A DNA stretch of 64,000 nucleotides, from NCBI RefSeq assembly GCF_006345805.1, contig NC_043000.1:124930001-124994000 (forward strand). Direction: 5' to 3'. The DNA comes from Octopus sinensis. Lineage: Eukaryota. The notes beneath the pieces were generated by a model that saw only the letters and a program-made list of their open reading frames with translations, did no database searches and was not told the origin of the DNA. Positions within the stretch are counted from its first letter, which is position 1, and each line of letters starts with the position of its first letter. The position numbers and the translations under genes were made by a program. Below, one piece after another: positions 38,481-50,402 of the stretch.

Positions 38481-38594
38481 ATTAGCCAATCTTTCATCCA
38501 TTGGGATATTTATTGATGCTTTCTTAGACAGTGGTCTTGACATTCAAATAATGTACAGAATTAATCAGAAATTTCACCATACCAAAAGGCTTCA

Positions 38595-38634
38595 ATCATC
38601 ATCATCATCGTTGTCATCGTCCTAGTCGTCGTCG

Positions 38635-38665
<31 letters not shown>

Positions 38666-38940
38666 TATCCTTTTCCCCATCATTGTCATCCTCGTTTAAC
38701 ATCTGCTTTCCATGCTGACATGCATTGGATGGTTTGACTGAGGACTGGCAAGCCAGGAGGCTGCACCAGGCCCCAATCTGATCTGACAAGGTTTTTACAG
38801 CTGGATGTTCTTCCTAATGCCACGCACTCCGAGAGTGTAGTGCATACTTTTTATGTGCCACTGGCATGGTGATCAGTCAGGCAGCACTGACATAGACCAT
38901 GTTTGAATGGTGTTTCTTACATGCCACCAGCATGAGAGTC
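38595..38940 (-). mobile_element. RTE-type tail copy with long (CAT)n
   Basis: Family motif. Confidence 0.8.
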
Positions 38941-39801
38941 TGGTTCGTCACATAATCATGTGATCAATTTGAAACAATGTGAGAAAACAAGCATTTCATT
39001 TAACAGAATAATCTGAATGCTAAAAAGTTAAAGATTCTGTGAAAACCTCATTGAAAGAATTTTTCAACTACAAAACAGATTAGGAAGCGTGACCAATCTG
39101 CTTTGAAAATTAAATTTGCCATAATTTGTCATTATTTTGTTGTTTACTGCCTTGGAGGTATTCAATATCATTTCCTGACTTTGAAGCACGTGGTGTTCCC
39201 TTGCAGACATTTAATACGAGGGAGATTAGCATTTCTTCATAATATATGTTGAAATTATAAATTTGAATTTGAAATTAAGGAAAAAGCAAAAAATGCATAG
39301 AACACACATATTTAATTTTTCTTTTTTTTTTGTTTATTTATTACAAAGTTCTAAAAAATTCTAGTTAGTGGTAATTATGACTAATTAAAAACAATGGTGT
39401 GTGACCTAGTGGTTTGGCTGCTGCCCTCATGATTGCTAAATTGTGGGTTTGATTTCCAGACAGTTCTTGAGCAAAACATTTTATTTCACATTGCTCCAGT
39501 CCCCAATTTCTATCAGGGGGTAATGCTGGCCTTCTCGCCTAATCAATGGGTTGACATTATTTGAAGACTAAAACAATGCAAAATGCATTGTGACCAACGA
39601 TGTGTAACATCTAATAGTCCGGATGGTAACAGGATCACGTGATCAATTCAAAACAATGTGAATAAACAAGCATTGCATTTAATAGAGTAATCTGAATGCA
39701 AAAAGGTTAAAGATTCTGTCAAAACCTCACTGAAAGAACTTGCCAACTACAAAACAGATTAGGAAGCGTGACCAAAGACAGACCACCAAAGCTCAAAGTA
39801 A

Positions 39802-40033
39802 TTTAACCCTTTTGATATCAACCTATCTGCAACCACTTCTGGTCCTATGACATGAACATCCTGTTTTAAAGTAATCGAAATTAAAATCTTTCATCAAAAT
39901 TTCATTTTAATTTAAGTTTCAAACACCGGCTTAATGATGATGAAGTTATTTTACTAAATTCTTAATTATTTTAAGAATTAATTAAAACAAAAGTGTGTGT
40001 TTTTCAACAGAAATATTGTAACGTAAAGGTTAA
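39802..40033. mobile_element. piggyBac-type MITE
   Basis: TTAA-CCCTTTTG ... AAAGG-TTAA ends; same family at 51650-51865. Confidence 0.65.
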
Positions 40034-40334
40034 AAAGATGTTAAAAAGATGTGCTAAAGTCAAAGCAAGAGGAAAAGAAAAAAACATCTAAAAACATTTG
40101 ATGAGAAAACAATCAATTTACAAGCTGACATGTAAAGGAATGTTCCAGTCGTTTCAATGCCAAATATGCAAGAAAAAGTTCTTGGCAAAAATAAGAATTA
40201 CAAGTCACACATGAAAGCATAAAGGGAAAAACATAATAATGTGTAGTCATGGCTACACAAGGCTCCAACCTAATCTGGCAAAGTTTCTACAGCTGGATGC
40301 CCTTCCTAATGCCAACCACTCTGAGAGTGTAGTG

Positions 40335-40963
40335 TGTGTCTTTGTGTCTATGTTTGTGCCCCCCACCATCATCACTTGACAACCAATGTCGGTGTGTTTA
40401 CATCCCTTTAACTTAGAAGTTCTTCAAAAGAGACCAACACCATAAGTACTAGGCTTACAAAGAAAAAGTCTTGGGGTTGATTTCTCTGACTAAAAGATCT
40501 GTTAAGGCAGTGCCTCAGCATGGCCACAGTCAAATCATTGAAATAAGCAAAAGAGTAAAAAAGTATATATATATATATATTCTTTTATTCTTTTACTTGT
40601 AGTTGTGCTGGGGCACCACCTTTAGTCGAGTAAATCGACCCCAGAGCTTATTCTTTGTAAGCCTAGTACTTATTCTATTTGTCACTTTTGCCGAACTGCT
40701 AAGTTACAGGGATGTAAACATACCAGCAATGGTTGTCAAGCGATGTTGGGAGGACAAACACAGACACACAAACACATATGCATGCACACACACACACACA
40801 CACATATATATACACATATATGATGGGCTTCTTTTAGTTTCCATCTGCCAAATCCACTCACAAGGATTTGGTCGGCCCAAGGCTATAGTAGAAAGACACT
40901 TGCCCAAGGTTCCACACAGTGGGACTGAACCTCAGGATCATGTGGTAGGTAAGCAAGCTACTT
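40335..40963. mobile_element. CORE-SINE 3' half (+) tail-to-tail with a full CORE SINE (-)
   Basis: 40335-40560 forward; 40580-40963 reverse. Confidence 0.8.
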
Positions 40964-42267
40964 ATATATATATATATGTATATATAGAACAAGTTGGTCA
41001 TCACAAGATTGTCTTTGATGATATGTCTTGAACTGAGGGATTAAATTACAACAAACAGCTACTGCAACTGCAAACTGTACCTCCTGATGGTATCAGCTGC
41101 TTTACAGTTTGGTTGTTACAAAGACAGTGTATTGCTAATTTTATAAAGGATAGCTTGAAATGTCTTTGTTGAAGATACAACACTGTTCTGGTGACAGGAT
41201 ACAAACCTTAGATCTTTCACTTGAAACCCTAATCATTTATCTATTATATTCAACTTTTATTTATAAGCACCATTCTTGCATAAAGTAGTTTTCTTATCAT
41301 GATATTAACTCAAATTTCTCGGGATCCTGTCAAAACTCATTTCTCTGATATTGATGACATCGTTTCGTATTATCTTTCTTTGGTTTTAGAATTTGATCTT
41401 CAGCTAATTTAGAAATATTTGCTGATATTTATTGAAACAGATAATTCTCCATTCTTGGGAAATTCATCTTGTGTTCAAGCTATCTGTTTTACTTTAAAAA
41501 AAAACAAAACAACAACAACAACCACAGTAACAGGATATTAAATTTGCCTCGTGGAAATACTGGCAGCCAATAAAGGAACTTCCATGTAGGCACTTGACCT
41601 GGTCAACTTAACAGCCAAATCTCCGTCAATAAATTCTTCATCATCTTTAAGACAGTCTTCAATCCTAGGCCAATATAACTACAATATAGATCGAATGGCT
41701 ATAGCCACAGAAGCTGTTTGATTGCTTTATTTGTTTGGTAGCTGCCTTTGTATCTTAGGTTTTCTTAAGCTGAACTGACTGAAGCTTATCAGCAACATCT
41801 GTACAGCATTTATTATATTAATGCCAAAGGATTAGCTTCTATTAGCTAGCCATTTTCCATTTTGGAATCTAGTTTTGCTTAAACTTAAGCTTATGCCATG
41901 AGAGTTAGTAATGCCTCTGTGTCATCTATCTTTATGGTGAGTGGATTGTAGTTAAGAGATTTGGGAAATGTTTTCCGATTAAATGTTGTTTTTATTCTTA
42001 TCATAAAATGGCTTTTAATTTACCATATATTTTTGTCTTTTACTTTTCATTGTCATGCAGGAGCACTGCCTTGTCAAACAATTACCCCCCACTATTTAAA
42101 GTCTGGTACTTATTCTATTGGTCTCTTTTGCTGAACTGCTCAGTTTCAGGTATGCAAACAAACACCAGTTGTCAAGTGGTGAAGTGTACAAAACACACAC
42201 GCACACATGCACGTGCATATGTACATACATATATGTGGTGGGGTTTGTGTGAGTGTGTGTGTATATA

Positions 42268-43335
42268 TCATCATCATCATCATCATCATCATCATTTAAC
42301 GTCCGCTTTCCATGCTAGCATGGGTTGGACGGTTCAACTGGGGTCTGGGGAGCCCGAAAGCTGCACCAGTCCAGTCAGATCTGGCAGTGTTTCTACAGCT
42401 GGATGCCCTTCCTAACGCCAACCACTCCGAGAGTGTAGTGGGTGATTTTATGTGCCACCGACACAGGTGCCAGACGAGGCTGGCAAACGGCCACGCTCGG
42501 ATGGTGTTTTTTATGTGCCACTGACACAGGTGCCAGACGAGGCTGGCAGACGGCCACGCTCGGATGGTGTTTTTATGTGCCACCGACACAGGTGCCAGAT
42601 GAGGCTGGCGAACAGCCACGATCGGATGGTGTTTGTTACATGCCCACAGCACGGAGGCCGGTCGTTGCGGTACTGGCTACGGCCACGTTCGGATGGTTTT
42701 ATTGTGTGCCACGTGCCACCGGCACTGGTACCACAAAGATACAAATTCCATTGATGTTCATCTATTTTGATTTGTTTTGATTTGATTTTCACTTGCCTCA
42801 ACAGGTCTTCACAAGTGTCACAAGAAGGAAGGTATGCACAGGTGGACTGACTACGTCCCAGGTAGGGGCCATGGGTTATGGCCTGACTAGTCTTGCCGGG
42901 TCTTCGGATGGTGTTTTTATGTGCCACCGACACAGGTGCTAGATGAGGCTGGCGAACGGCCACGATCGGATGGTGTTTGTCATGTGCCCACCGCACTGAC
43001 TACAGCACTGATGGATTTCTTGTGTGCCACAGGCACTGGTACCACAAGATACAAATTCCATTGATGTTCATCTATTTTGTCTATTTTGATTTGATTTGAT
43101 TTGATTTGATTTGATTTGATTTTCACTTGCCTCAACCGGTCTTCACAAGTGTCACAAGAAGGAAGGTATGCACAGGTGGACTGACTAGTCTTGCCGGGTC
43201 TTCGGAAGGTGTTTTTATGTGCCACCGACACAGGTGCCAGATGAGGCTGGCGAACGGCCATGATCGGATGGTGTTTGTTACGTGCCCACAGCACGGAGGC
43301 CGGTCGATGCGGAACTGGCTACGGCCACGTTCGGA
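42268..43335 (-). mobile_element. RTE 3'UTR with nested tandem duplications
   Basis: Unit of about 62 bp x3 (42446-42630) and a block of about 300 bp repeated (42570-42905, 42905-43205, partial to 43335). Confidence 0.85.
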
Positions 43336-43348
43336 GCCAATACATATA

Positions 43349-43540
43349 TAATTGCAGCGTGGAAGGTGTTTGTAAACCATTTAAGAAACACACAAAAGCC
43401 GTTCGATTCACTTCAACATTTAAGTTTAATTTGTCAAAATATTTTCGTCGCTTGACAAATTAAACTTAAATGTTGAAGTGAATTGAACGGCTTTTGTGTG
43501 TTTCTTAAATGGCTTACAAACACCTTCCACGCTGCAATTG
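43349..43540. repeat. Palindrome with arms of about 90 bp
   Basis: aattgcagcgtggaaggtgtttgtaa...ttgtcaa / ttgacaa...ttacaaacaccttccacgctgcaatt. Confidence 0.95.
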
Positions 43541-43837
43541 TTTTTGTTCCAGCACATGATCTCAGATCAAATCACTTGCTATGCAAGTACATCTCTCTCT
43601 CTATATATATATTGGTAAAAACGGTAAGATAACAAAAAGAAAGAAAGAGACCTCAATATTATGTAAATAGAGGAAATTTATCTGTAAATTAATATGTTAA
43701 TAAATAAATAAAAAGAAATAAAATTAGAGTAACATCCTTTTGACCATAGAATTGTATTTAATTCATTGAGCTGGTGTAGGATAATTCAATGGTGAGGGGG
43801 TCCATAGTATGAAAGACAGCTGCTCAATCTGGAGAGG

Positions 43838-44086
43838 TTAGTGTTCTCCAGTTTTCCAAAAGTAATTTGTCAATATGCTTGTTATGCTAAAAATTTCAGA
43901 TCTGGAATTAAGTAGTGTGGTAGAATTCTTGGATTTAAAAAGAATGTGTGGTCTTTGAGCTACACATGAATTGCATCTCTTCAATCCATTTACATATGGC
44001 AAAGATTTCTCCATGATTCTACACATGATTGTATGTGGTGTGAAGTTGGTTTTCAGATCCCATACATGGCTAGCCAATTTGTCCAT
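43838..44086 (-). pseudogene. GIY-YIG endonuclease C-terminal remnant of a Penelope-like element
   Basis: LASHVWDLK...RIMEKSLPYVNGLKRCNSC...LLNSRSEIFS matches LSxHIWxLK...WxI...PY...KRCxLC...LNxRxE. Confidence 0.7.
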
Positions 44087-44440
44087 TCGAATGTTCTGGG
44101 TTCAAATTCTGCTGTGGTCAACTTTGCCTATCATCTTTTTGGAGTCAATAAAATCAATACTAATTGAATAGTAGGTTCGGCTAATTGACTTAACCCCCCT
44201 TCTCCAAATTTTCTGGCCCCATGCCAAAATTTTAGGTTATTATTATTTGTGCTGTAAATGAAATTATCCTAAGAATGGATCAGCAACTATTACAACTAAA
44301 TATACTTTTTTTTCCTGAATATGTGCTGTTCAAATTGAGTTGCATCTAATATGCCTGTATCTTTTATGCTTTCAGATATGGTATTCCCAACTCTCAAGCT
44401 TTTGGTATCCCCTCACTAACACAAACTACAACACACTCAC

Positions 44441-44575
44441 CTTTATTCCAAATCCTTCTTCCCCGGAACATCATCCGTCTAAGATTCCTCTCTGCATGTG
44501 TCTTTGTTGTTGACATCGAATTTCAGCTGATCAAGAAGGAGTTTTATTGCATTGATTACATCAGTCTTGGAGGGT
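44441..44575 (-). other. Candidate exon with strong splice sites
   Basis: tttttagtctttgcag acceptor and AAG|gtgagt donor; 135 nt; best frame PSKTDVINAIKLLLDQLKFDVNNKDTCREES*. Confidence 0.3.
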
Positions 44576-44769
44576 CTGCAAAGACTAAAAACACATAGCA
44601 CCCCCTTTTCCTACATAAATTCATTAAGTCAGAAAAAAAGAAAGAAAAGAAAAGAAAATAGATAATGTAGTTCTTGTACACCTATAAAAAGAGAGGGTGG
44701 TTGCTGTTGGATTGCTTTCCATCATTCCATAAAATATATCTGAGGCCAAACAGCAATAACTAACACCAG

Positions 44770-44954
44770 CACTACTACTACTATTACTACTACTACCACT
44801 ACGTCTGCTGCTGCTGGTACTTCTACTACCACTACAACTACAACTACTACTACTACTACTACTACTACTGCTACTACTGCTGCTGCTGCTGCTGCTACTA
44901 CAACTATAACTACTACTACTGCTGCTGCTGCTACTACTACTGCTGCCGCTGCTG

Positions 44955-44993
<39 letters not shown>

Positions 44994-45260
44994 TTGCTGC
45001 TGCTGCTGCTACTGCTGCTGCTGCTGCTGCTACTACTACTACTATTACAACTACTACAACTACTGTTACTACTACTACTACTACAGCTACTGCTACTATA
45101 ACTACTACAACTGCTACAGCAACAACAACAACAACAACAACAACTACTACTACTACTACCACAACTGCCACAACAACAACAACAGCAGAGGATGATGCTG
45201 ATAATGATAATGAAGACAATGTTAAAGAATCCAGAAACCATTATGATGATGATAATGATG
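44770..45260. repeat. Mosaic trinucleotide array (ACT/GCT/ACA/GAT)
   Basis: Direct inspection. Confidence 0.95.
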
Positions 45261-45659
45261 GTATTGCCATTTACCATTTCAGAATCGCTGAAGCAAAAAT
45301 ATATTTCCTAAAAGAAGCCACAGCTCCATGTATGTAACCTAGCTTCTGGTCAGTGGCCAGATATTAGTCAAAAACTTGGATGCATTCTTCATTCTGTTTT
45401 ATTATTAACCTTTTCCTTTTCGCTGTCTTCTCATTTTGTTTTTAAGGTCAATATTTCGACCAGTGTTTTTAGCATTTATGCTTCCATAACTTTTGCAAAG
45501 AATCATCTTCCATTTCATTCCAACATACTCGTTAGGCTTCTGCACACATGTCTTTACGTGTAGTGTCATCCATAACCAGTAACAGAAATATACCAAATAC
45601 ATTTATGCATACGTGCAATCACAAACACACTGAGATACACATACACACGTACAAGCAAA

Positions 45660-45701
45660 TATGTATATATATATATATATAGATATAGATATATATACAT
45701 G

Positions 45702-45732
<31 letters not shown>

Positions 45733-45863
45733 GTGTGTGTATATATATATCTATATCTATATATATATACGTATTTGCTTGTATATATATATATCTATAT
45801 CTATATATATATATATATACGTATTTGCTTGTATATATATATATACATATATATGTATACATA

Positions 45864-45908
<45 letters not shown>

Positions 45909-45923
45909 TATATATTATATATA

Positions 45924-45956
<33 letters not shown>

Positions 45957-45985
45957 CATACATATATATATATATATATACTATA

Positions 45986-46057
<72 letters not shown>

Positions 46058-46080
46058 TATATATAATATATATATATATG
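45660..46080. repeat. (TA)n-rich microsatellite
   Basis: Direct inspection. Confidence 0.95.
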
Positions 46081-46435
46081 CAGATATGGAAGCACACGCA
46101 TGCACATATTTTCTACGTTCAGTCGACTATATCCATTAAAAAAAAATGCTGTGGCCTTATCTAATACATTCTTCATTGAACAGGTAATTCACTGTATCTT
46201 TGAGTGCCTGACAAATCAATAGGCCAACACATCAATTCCTGTCTGTAAAATCTAAAACTAACAAACTTATTCTTTTGCTTTCAGTCTGTATTTCAGTTCC
46301 AGTTGTATTAAACTAACTGGTAAATCATTTGGCTAAGAACACTGAGTTGTTGAGTTTGATGTTTTTGTTTCAAATATGGATTCACTATTCATTAATTGTA
46401 TTTAAAGACAAGCTGGAATGCTAAAAAACTTTCTA

Positions 46436-46853
46436 TACCTATTTCTTTACTACCCACAAGGGGCTAAACAGAGAGGGGACAAAAAAGGATAGACAAATGG
46501 ATTAAGTTGATTACATCAACCCCAGTGCGTAACTGGTACTTAATTTATCGACCCCAAAGGATGAAAGGTAATGTCGACCTTGGCAGAATTTGAACTCAGA
46601 ACGTAGTGGCAGACGAAATACCTATTTCTTTACTACCCACAAGGGGCTAAACAGAGTGGGGAAAAACAAGGACAGACAAACGGATTAAGTTGATTACATT
46701 GAACCAGTGCATAACTGGTACTTAATTTATCGACCCCGAAAGGATGAAGGGCAAAGTCAACCTTGGCGGAATTTGAACTCGGAACGTAACGGCAGACGAA
46801 ATACCAGTAAGCATTTCGCCCGGCGTGCTAGCAATTCTGCCAGCTCGCCGCCT
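46436..46853 (-). mobile_element. Tandem second-family SINEs
   Basis: cctatttctttactacccacaaggggctaaac...gcagacgaaatacc repeated twice. Confidence 0.9.
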
Positions 46854-47149
46854 ATAAGACTTTCTATACCTTTAAAGCTGTCTTTGTTGTGTGTGAAGAC
46901 AGGTTGGTACGCTTATCTTTGCATTTGTTTCAGTTATAAGACTGCAGCCAAGCTTCAGTACAACTGTTGAAGAATTTTGAGTCAAATGAATCAACACCCT
47001 AGCACTAAATTCTTTCTTTGGTGAACCTCGTGCTTACTCTATTGGTGTATTTTGCTGAACTGCTAAGTTACAGGGATGTAAACACAACAACAACACCATT
47101 AGTCAAGTGATTGTGGGAGACAAACACACACACACACACACACACACAC

Positions 47150-47465
47150 AGTCAAATCAAATAAGTGAACTTCAAAATTAACACAATAACAAACAAGAGG
47201 ACGTGTAGATGGAGTGTATTAGTTTTATGCTCTGTAAAAAGAGAGAGAGCTTTTGACATTTTGGGCATAGCTCTTCATTGGAAATATATAAATAAATAAT
47301 ATATATATATAAATAATCATAAAGGCAAAAGAAAAATATTTTCTTTGCCAATATGCTGGAAAATAGATTTTAGATTGTCTAACCACATACAATATTGAAT
47401 GTGGTTAGACAATCTAAGGTCTTTTTTCCTGCATATTGGCATAAAAAATTATTTTCTTTTGCCCT
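47150..47465. mobile_element. PLE-like end fragment (-) plus 140-bp hairpin
   Basis: Degenerate hammerhead-like ccaatgaagagctatgcccaaaatgtc on minus at about 47252-47283; hairpin 47322-47465 shares ggcaaaagaaaaa ends with 21661-21728. Confidence 0.5.
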
Positions 47466-47469
47466 TGCT

Positions 47470-47880
47470 CTTTGCTCTTTTGCTCTTTTGCTTGTTCCAG
47501 TCATTTGACTGCGGCCATGCTGGAGCACTGCCTTTAGTCGAGCAAATCGACCCAGGACTTATTTTTTGGAAGCCTAGTACTTATTCTATCGGTCTTTTCT
47601 GCCGCACCGCTAAGTTACGAGGACCTAAACACACTAGCATCAGTTGAGAAGCAGTGTTGATGGGACAAACACAGATACACAATCATATACACACATACAT
47701 ATATATACATATATATACGACGGGCTTCTTTCGGTTTCCGTTTACCAAATCCACTCACAAGGCTTTGGTGGGCCCAAGGCTATAGTAGAAGACACTTGCC
47801 CATGGTGCCATGCAGTGGGACTGAACCTGGAACCATGTGGTTTGTAAGCAAGTTACTTACTACACAGCAACTTCTACGCC
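47470..47880 (-). mobile_element. Full-length CORE-type SINE
   Basis: Family match. Confidence 0.9.
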
Positions 47881-48067
47881 TTATTAATAATTGTTTATGA
47901 TTTTCACCTTGAAAGGTATTTTAATATGCTAGCCACTGATAAAATGTCTTTTGAAAAATTTTATCCTTATATATATATATACTGGACTACCTGTGACATG
48001 TTGGGACACCTGGAAACTTTGAGTTACTCAGCAATGGAGTTTTCATGGGTTATTTTTTCTTTTCTAG

Positions 48068-48110
48068 GTTATTTTGCATGCTTTCAACGAATGTGGCATC
48101 AAAATCACAC
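48068..48110 (+). CDS. Candidate internal exon (GYFACFQRMWHQNHT)
   Basis: ttttttcttttctag acceptor, gtaaac donor; splices in frame to 49149. Confidence 0.3.
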
Positions 48111-49148
48111 GTAAACGTCTTCTTTCACTGGAAAAGGAAAGATTTAGCTGCTATTTCTTGCATGCCCTGCTACCATGTAACAAGTATTTCTGGTCCTTTA
48201 TTGCAAATAGCTGTTACATGGTAGCAGGGCATACTAGAAATAGCAGCCAAATCTTTGGAGCTGAGTTACATTGAATGCATTTGAAAAAATTTCTTGTAAT
48301 GGTATTCCCATGGGGTGATCTTTTGCTTTGACTCTCAGAACTGTCATCTGGATCAGCTAGTTTCGTTCCTTAATTTCCGTAAAAATGTTTTTATTTATTT
48401 ACTTTTGTTATAAAGTGAGAGAAGAAAGTGAAAGATGTCTGAATGTGTATATGAAATGGATGTGTATGTGTATGTGTGTATGTGTGCGTGCATGTGAGAG
48501 AGAGAGAGAGAATGCTGCTTACACATCCATGGGAACACACATGTTCACTCACTCACTCTCTGTCTCTCTCTCACACACACACATGCACACGTACATACAA
48601 AAAAGATGTATGCATATGTATTGATATATGTACGTATACACGACAACACACCTCTTCACTCTCTCTCTCCCTCCTTCCCTCTCTTTCTCTCTCTCTCTCT
48701 CTCTTTCACACGCATATGTCCATTTCATATATACATACATACATCTTTCTCTTTCTCCTCTCACTCTAAAACAAAAGTAAATAAATAAAATATTTTTTAT
48801 GGAAATTAACGACTTAAAAATAATTAAAAAAACATTAAAATATGGTCTATTTACAGAAAGCTAAAATATAAATACCTACTGTACAAACAACTTACATTTT
48901 TGAAATCACATTCAGTAAAAAATATTTCTAAATGATTAAAATATTGTGTACACCAAAAAGTCAACGTTTTTTTTTCTTAGAGAGTGTGAAGACTATGTGT
49001 GTGTATATGTTACAGATAATGGACATGTGTTTATGTTGACCGAATCCATGACATTCATTATATATGTTTGTATTCGGTATGTGTGTATGTGTGTTGATGT
49101 CATGAGTAAACACAAAAATTGTGTTTACTCGTTTTCATTAATAAATAG

Positions 49149-49188
49149 AGGACCAGATGCCACGAAAATTTATACTGCACTGCCAAAG
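49149..49188 (+). CDS. Candidate internal exon (GPDATKIYTALPK)
   Basis: AAG|gtaagt consensus donor; in frame with the 48068-48110 and 49804 candidates. Confidence 0.35.
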
Positions 49189-50019
49189 GTAAGTATGAAA
49201 ATAAATATGCAAAAAAAAATTAAGATAAAATATAGTATTTCTGAGATATTTCAGGTACAAACAAACATCGCTAGAGTTTTAGTATTAAGTTATATATATA
49301 TATAGTTACAAATTGAGATAGGGGTTGCAAGTGCAACCCTCCATATATATATATATATATATATCAAGATAGATAAGGCCAGTCCGTGGGATTACTCTAG
49401 GTTTCACGTCCATAAAGTATTTAGCTTTACAGCGTTTATATATATATACACACACACACACATATATATTGTTAGTTTCCATCTATCAACTCCACTCACA
49501 AGATTATATATGTGTGTGTGTGTGAGCGTGTGTGTGTGTGTTTATCTGTGTGTCTCTGTGTCTTTGTGTCTGTGTTTTCTCCTCCTGCTTGACAAATGGT
49601 ATTGGTGTGTTTATGTCCCCATAACTGAGTGCTTGGGCAAAAGAGACTAATAAAGCGAGTACCAAGCTTAAAAAGAGTAAGTCAATTCATTTAACTAAAA
49701 TTCTTCAAAGCAGTGCCCCAGCATGGCCAGAATCTAATGGCTGAGACATGTAAAAAGTGAAAGATAGCAAAATAAATAACATTTGGTGACTAAATACTTT
49801 TAGCAAACTTCATTTGAATGTCGGACTTCTAGTGTGATAAACACCATAGAGAACAATATTGTATGGCGGGTCGGCTGTTTGTTCAAAGAATTTGTTGCAC
49901 ATTCATCAATCTTGACTGATCGGTTTATTGTTTCCATCATCAGTCTGGTTTTTGATTTGTCTGGTTTATGTTTATCATAAATTTCATGGTTGCAAATAAC
50001 AAATCCCAATTTTGAATCA

Positions 50020-50355
50020 TGTGTACACACACACACACACACACATGCTTACATGCACATACACATGTATACACACACACACAAACGCACACACACAAAC
50101 ATACACACATACACACATGCACACACACACATGTACACAAACATACACACACACAGCCACACACATATACACACAGACACACACATATACACATAAACTC
50201 ACACACACACAAACATACACACATACACAAACACACAAGCATACACACAAACACACACACACAAACACACACACATACACACACACACATACAGACAAGT
50301 ACACATACACACACACACAAACACACACACAAACACAAACACACACATACACACA
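50020..50355. repeat. (CA)n-rich microsatellite
   Basis: Direct inspection. Confidence 0.95.
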
Positions 50356-50402
50356 ATTCTGGACAACTTAAACTGAAACTATTTTCGAATTTTATGTTTA
50401 AA

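Noticed and set aside
40140-40220. C2H2-like FQCQICKKKF...SHT
   Set aside because: Single broken motif, consistent with an RTE LINE C-terminal zinc-finger relic rather than a zinc-finger gene
42446-42630. Regular 62-bp repeats as a CRISPR array or coding repeat
   Set aside because: No unique spacers; they are tandem subrepeats of an RTE 3'UTR
44624-45277. Poly-Ser/Cys and poly-Val/Ala ORFs
   Set aside because: Mosaic trinucleotide microsatellite with no non-repetitive coding context
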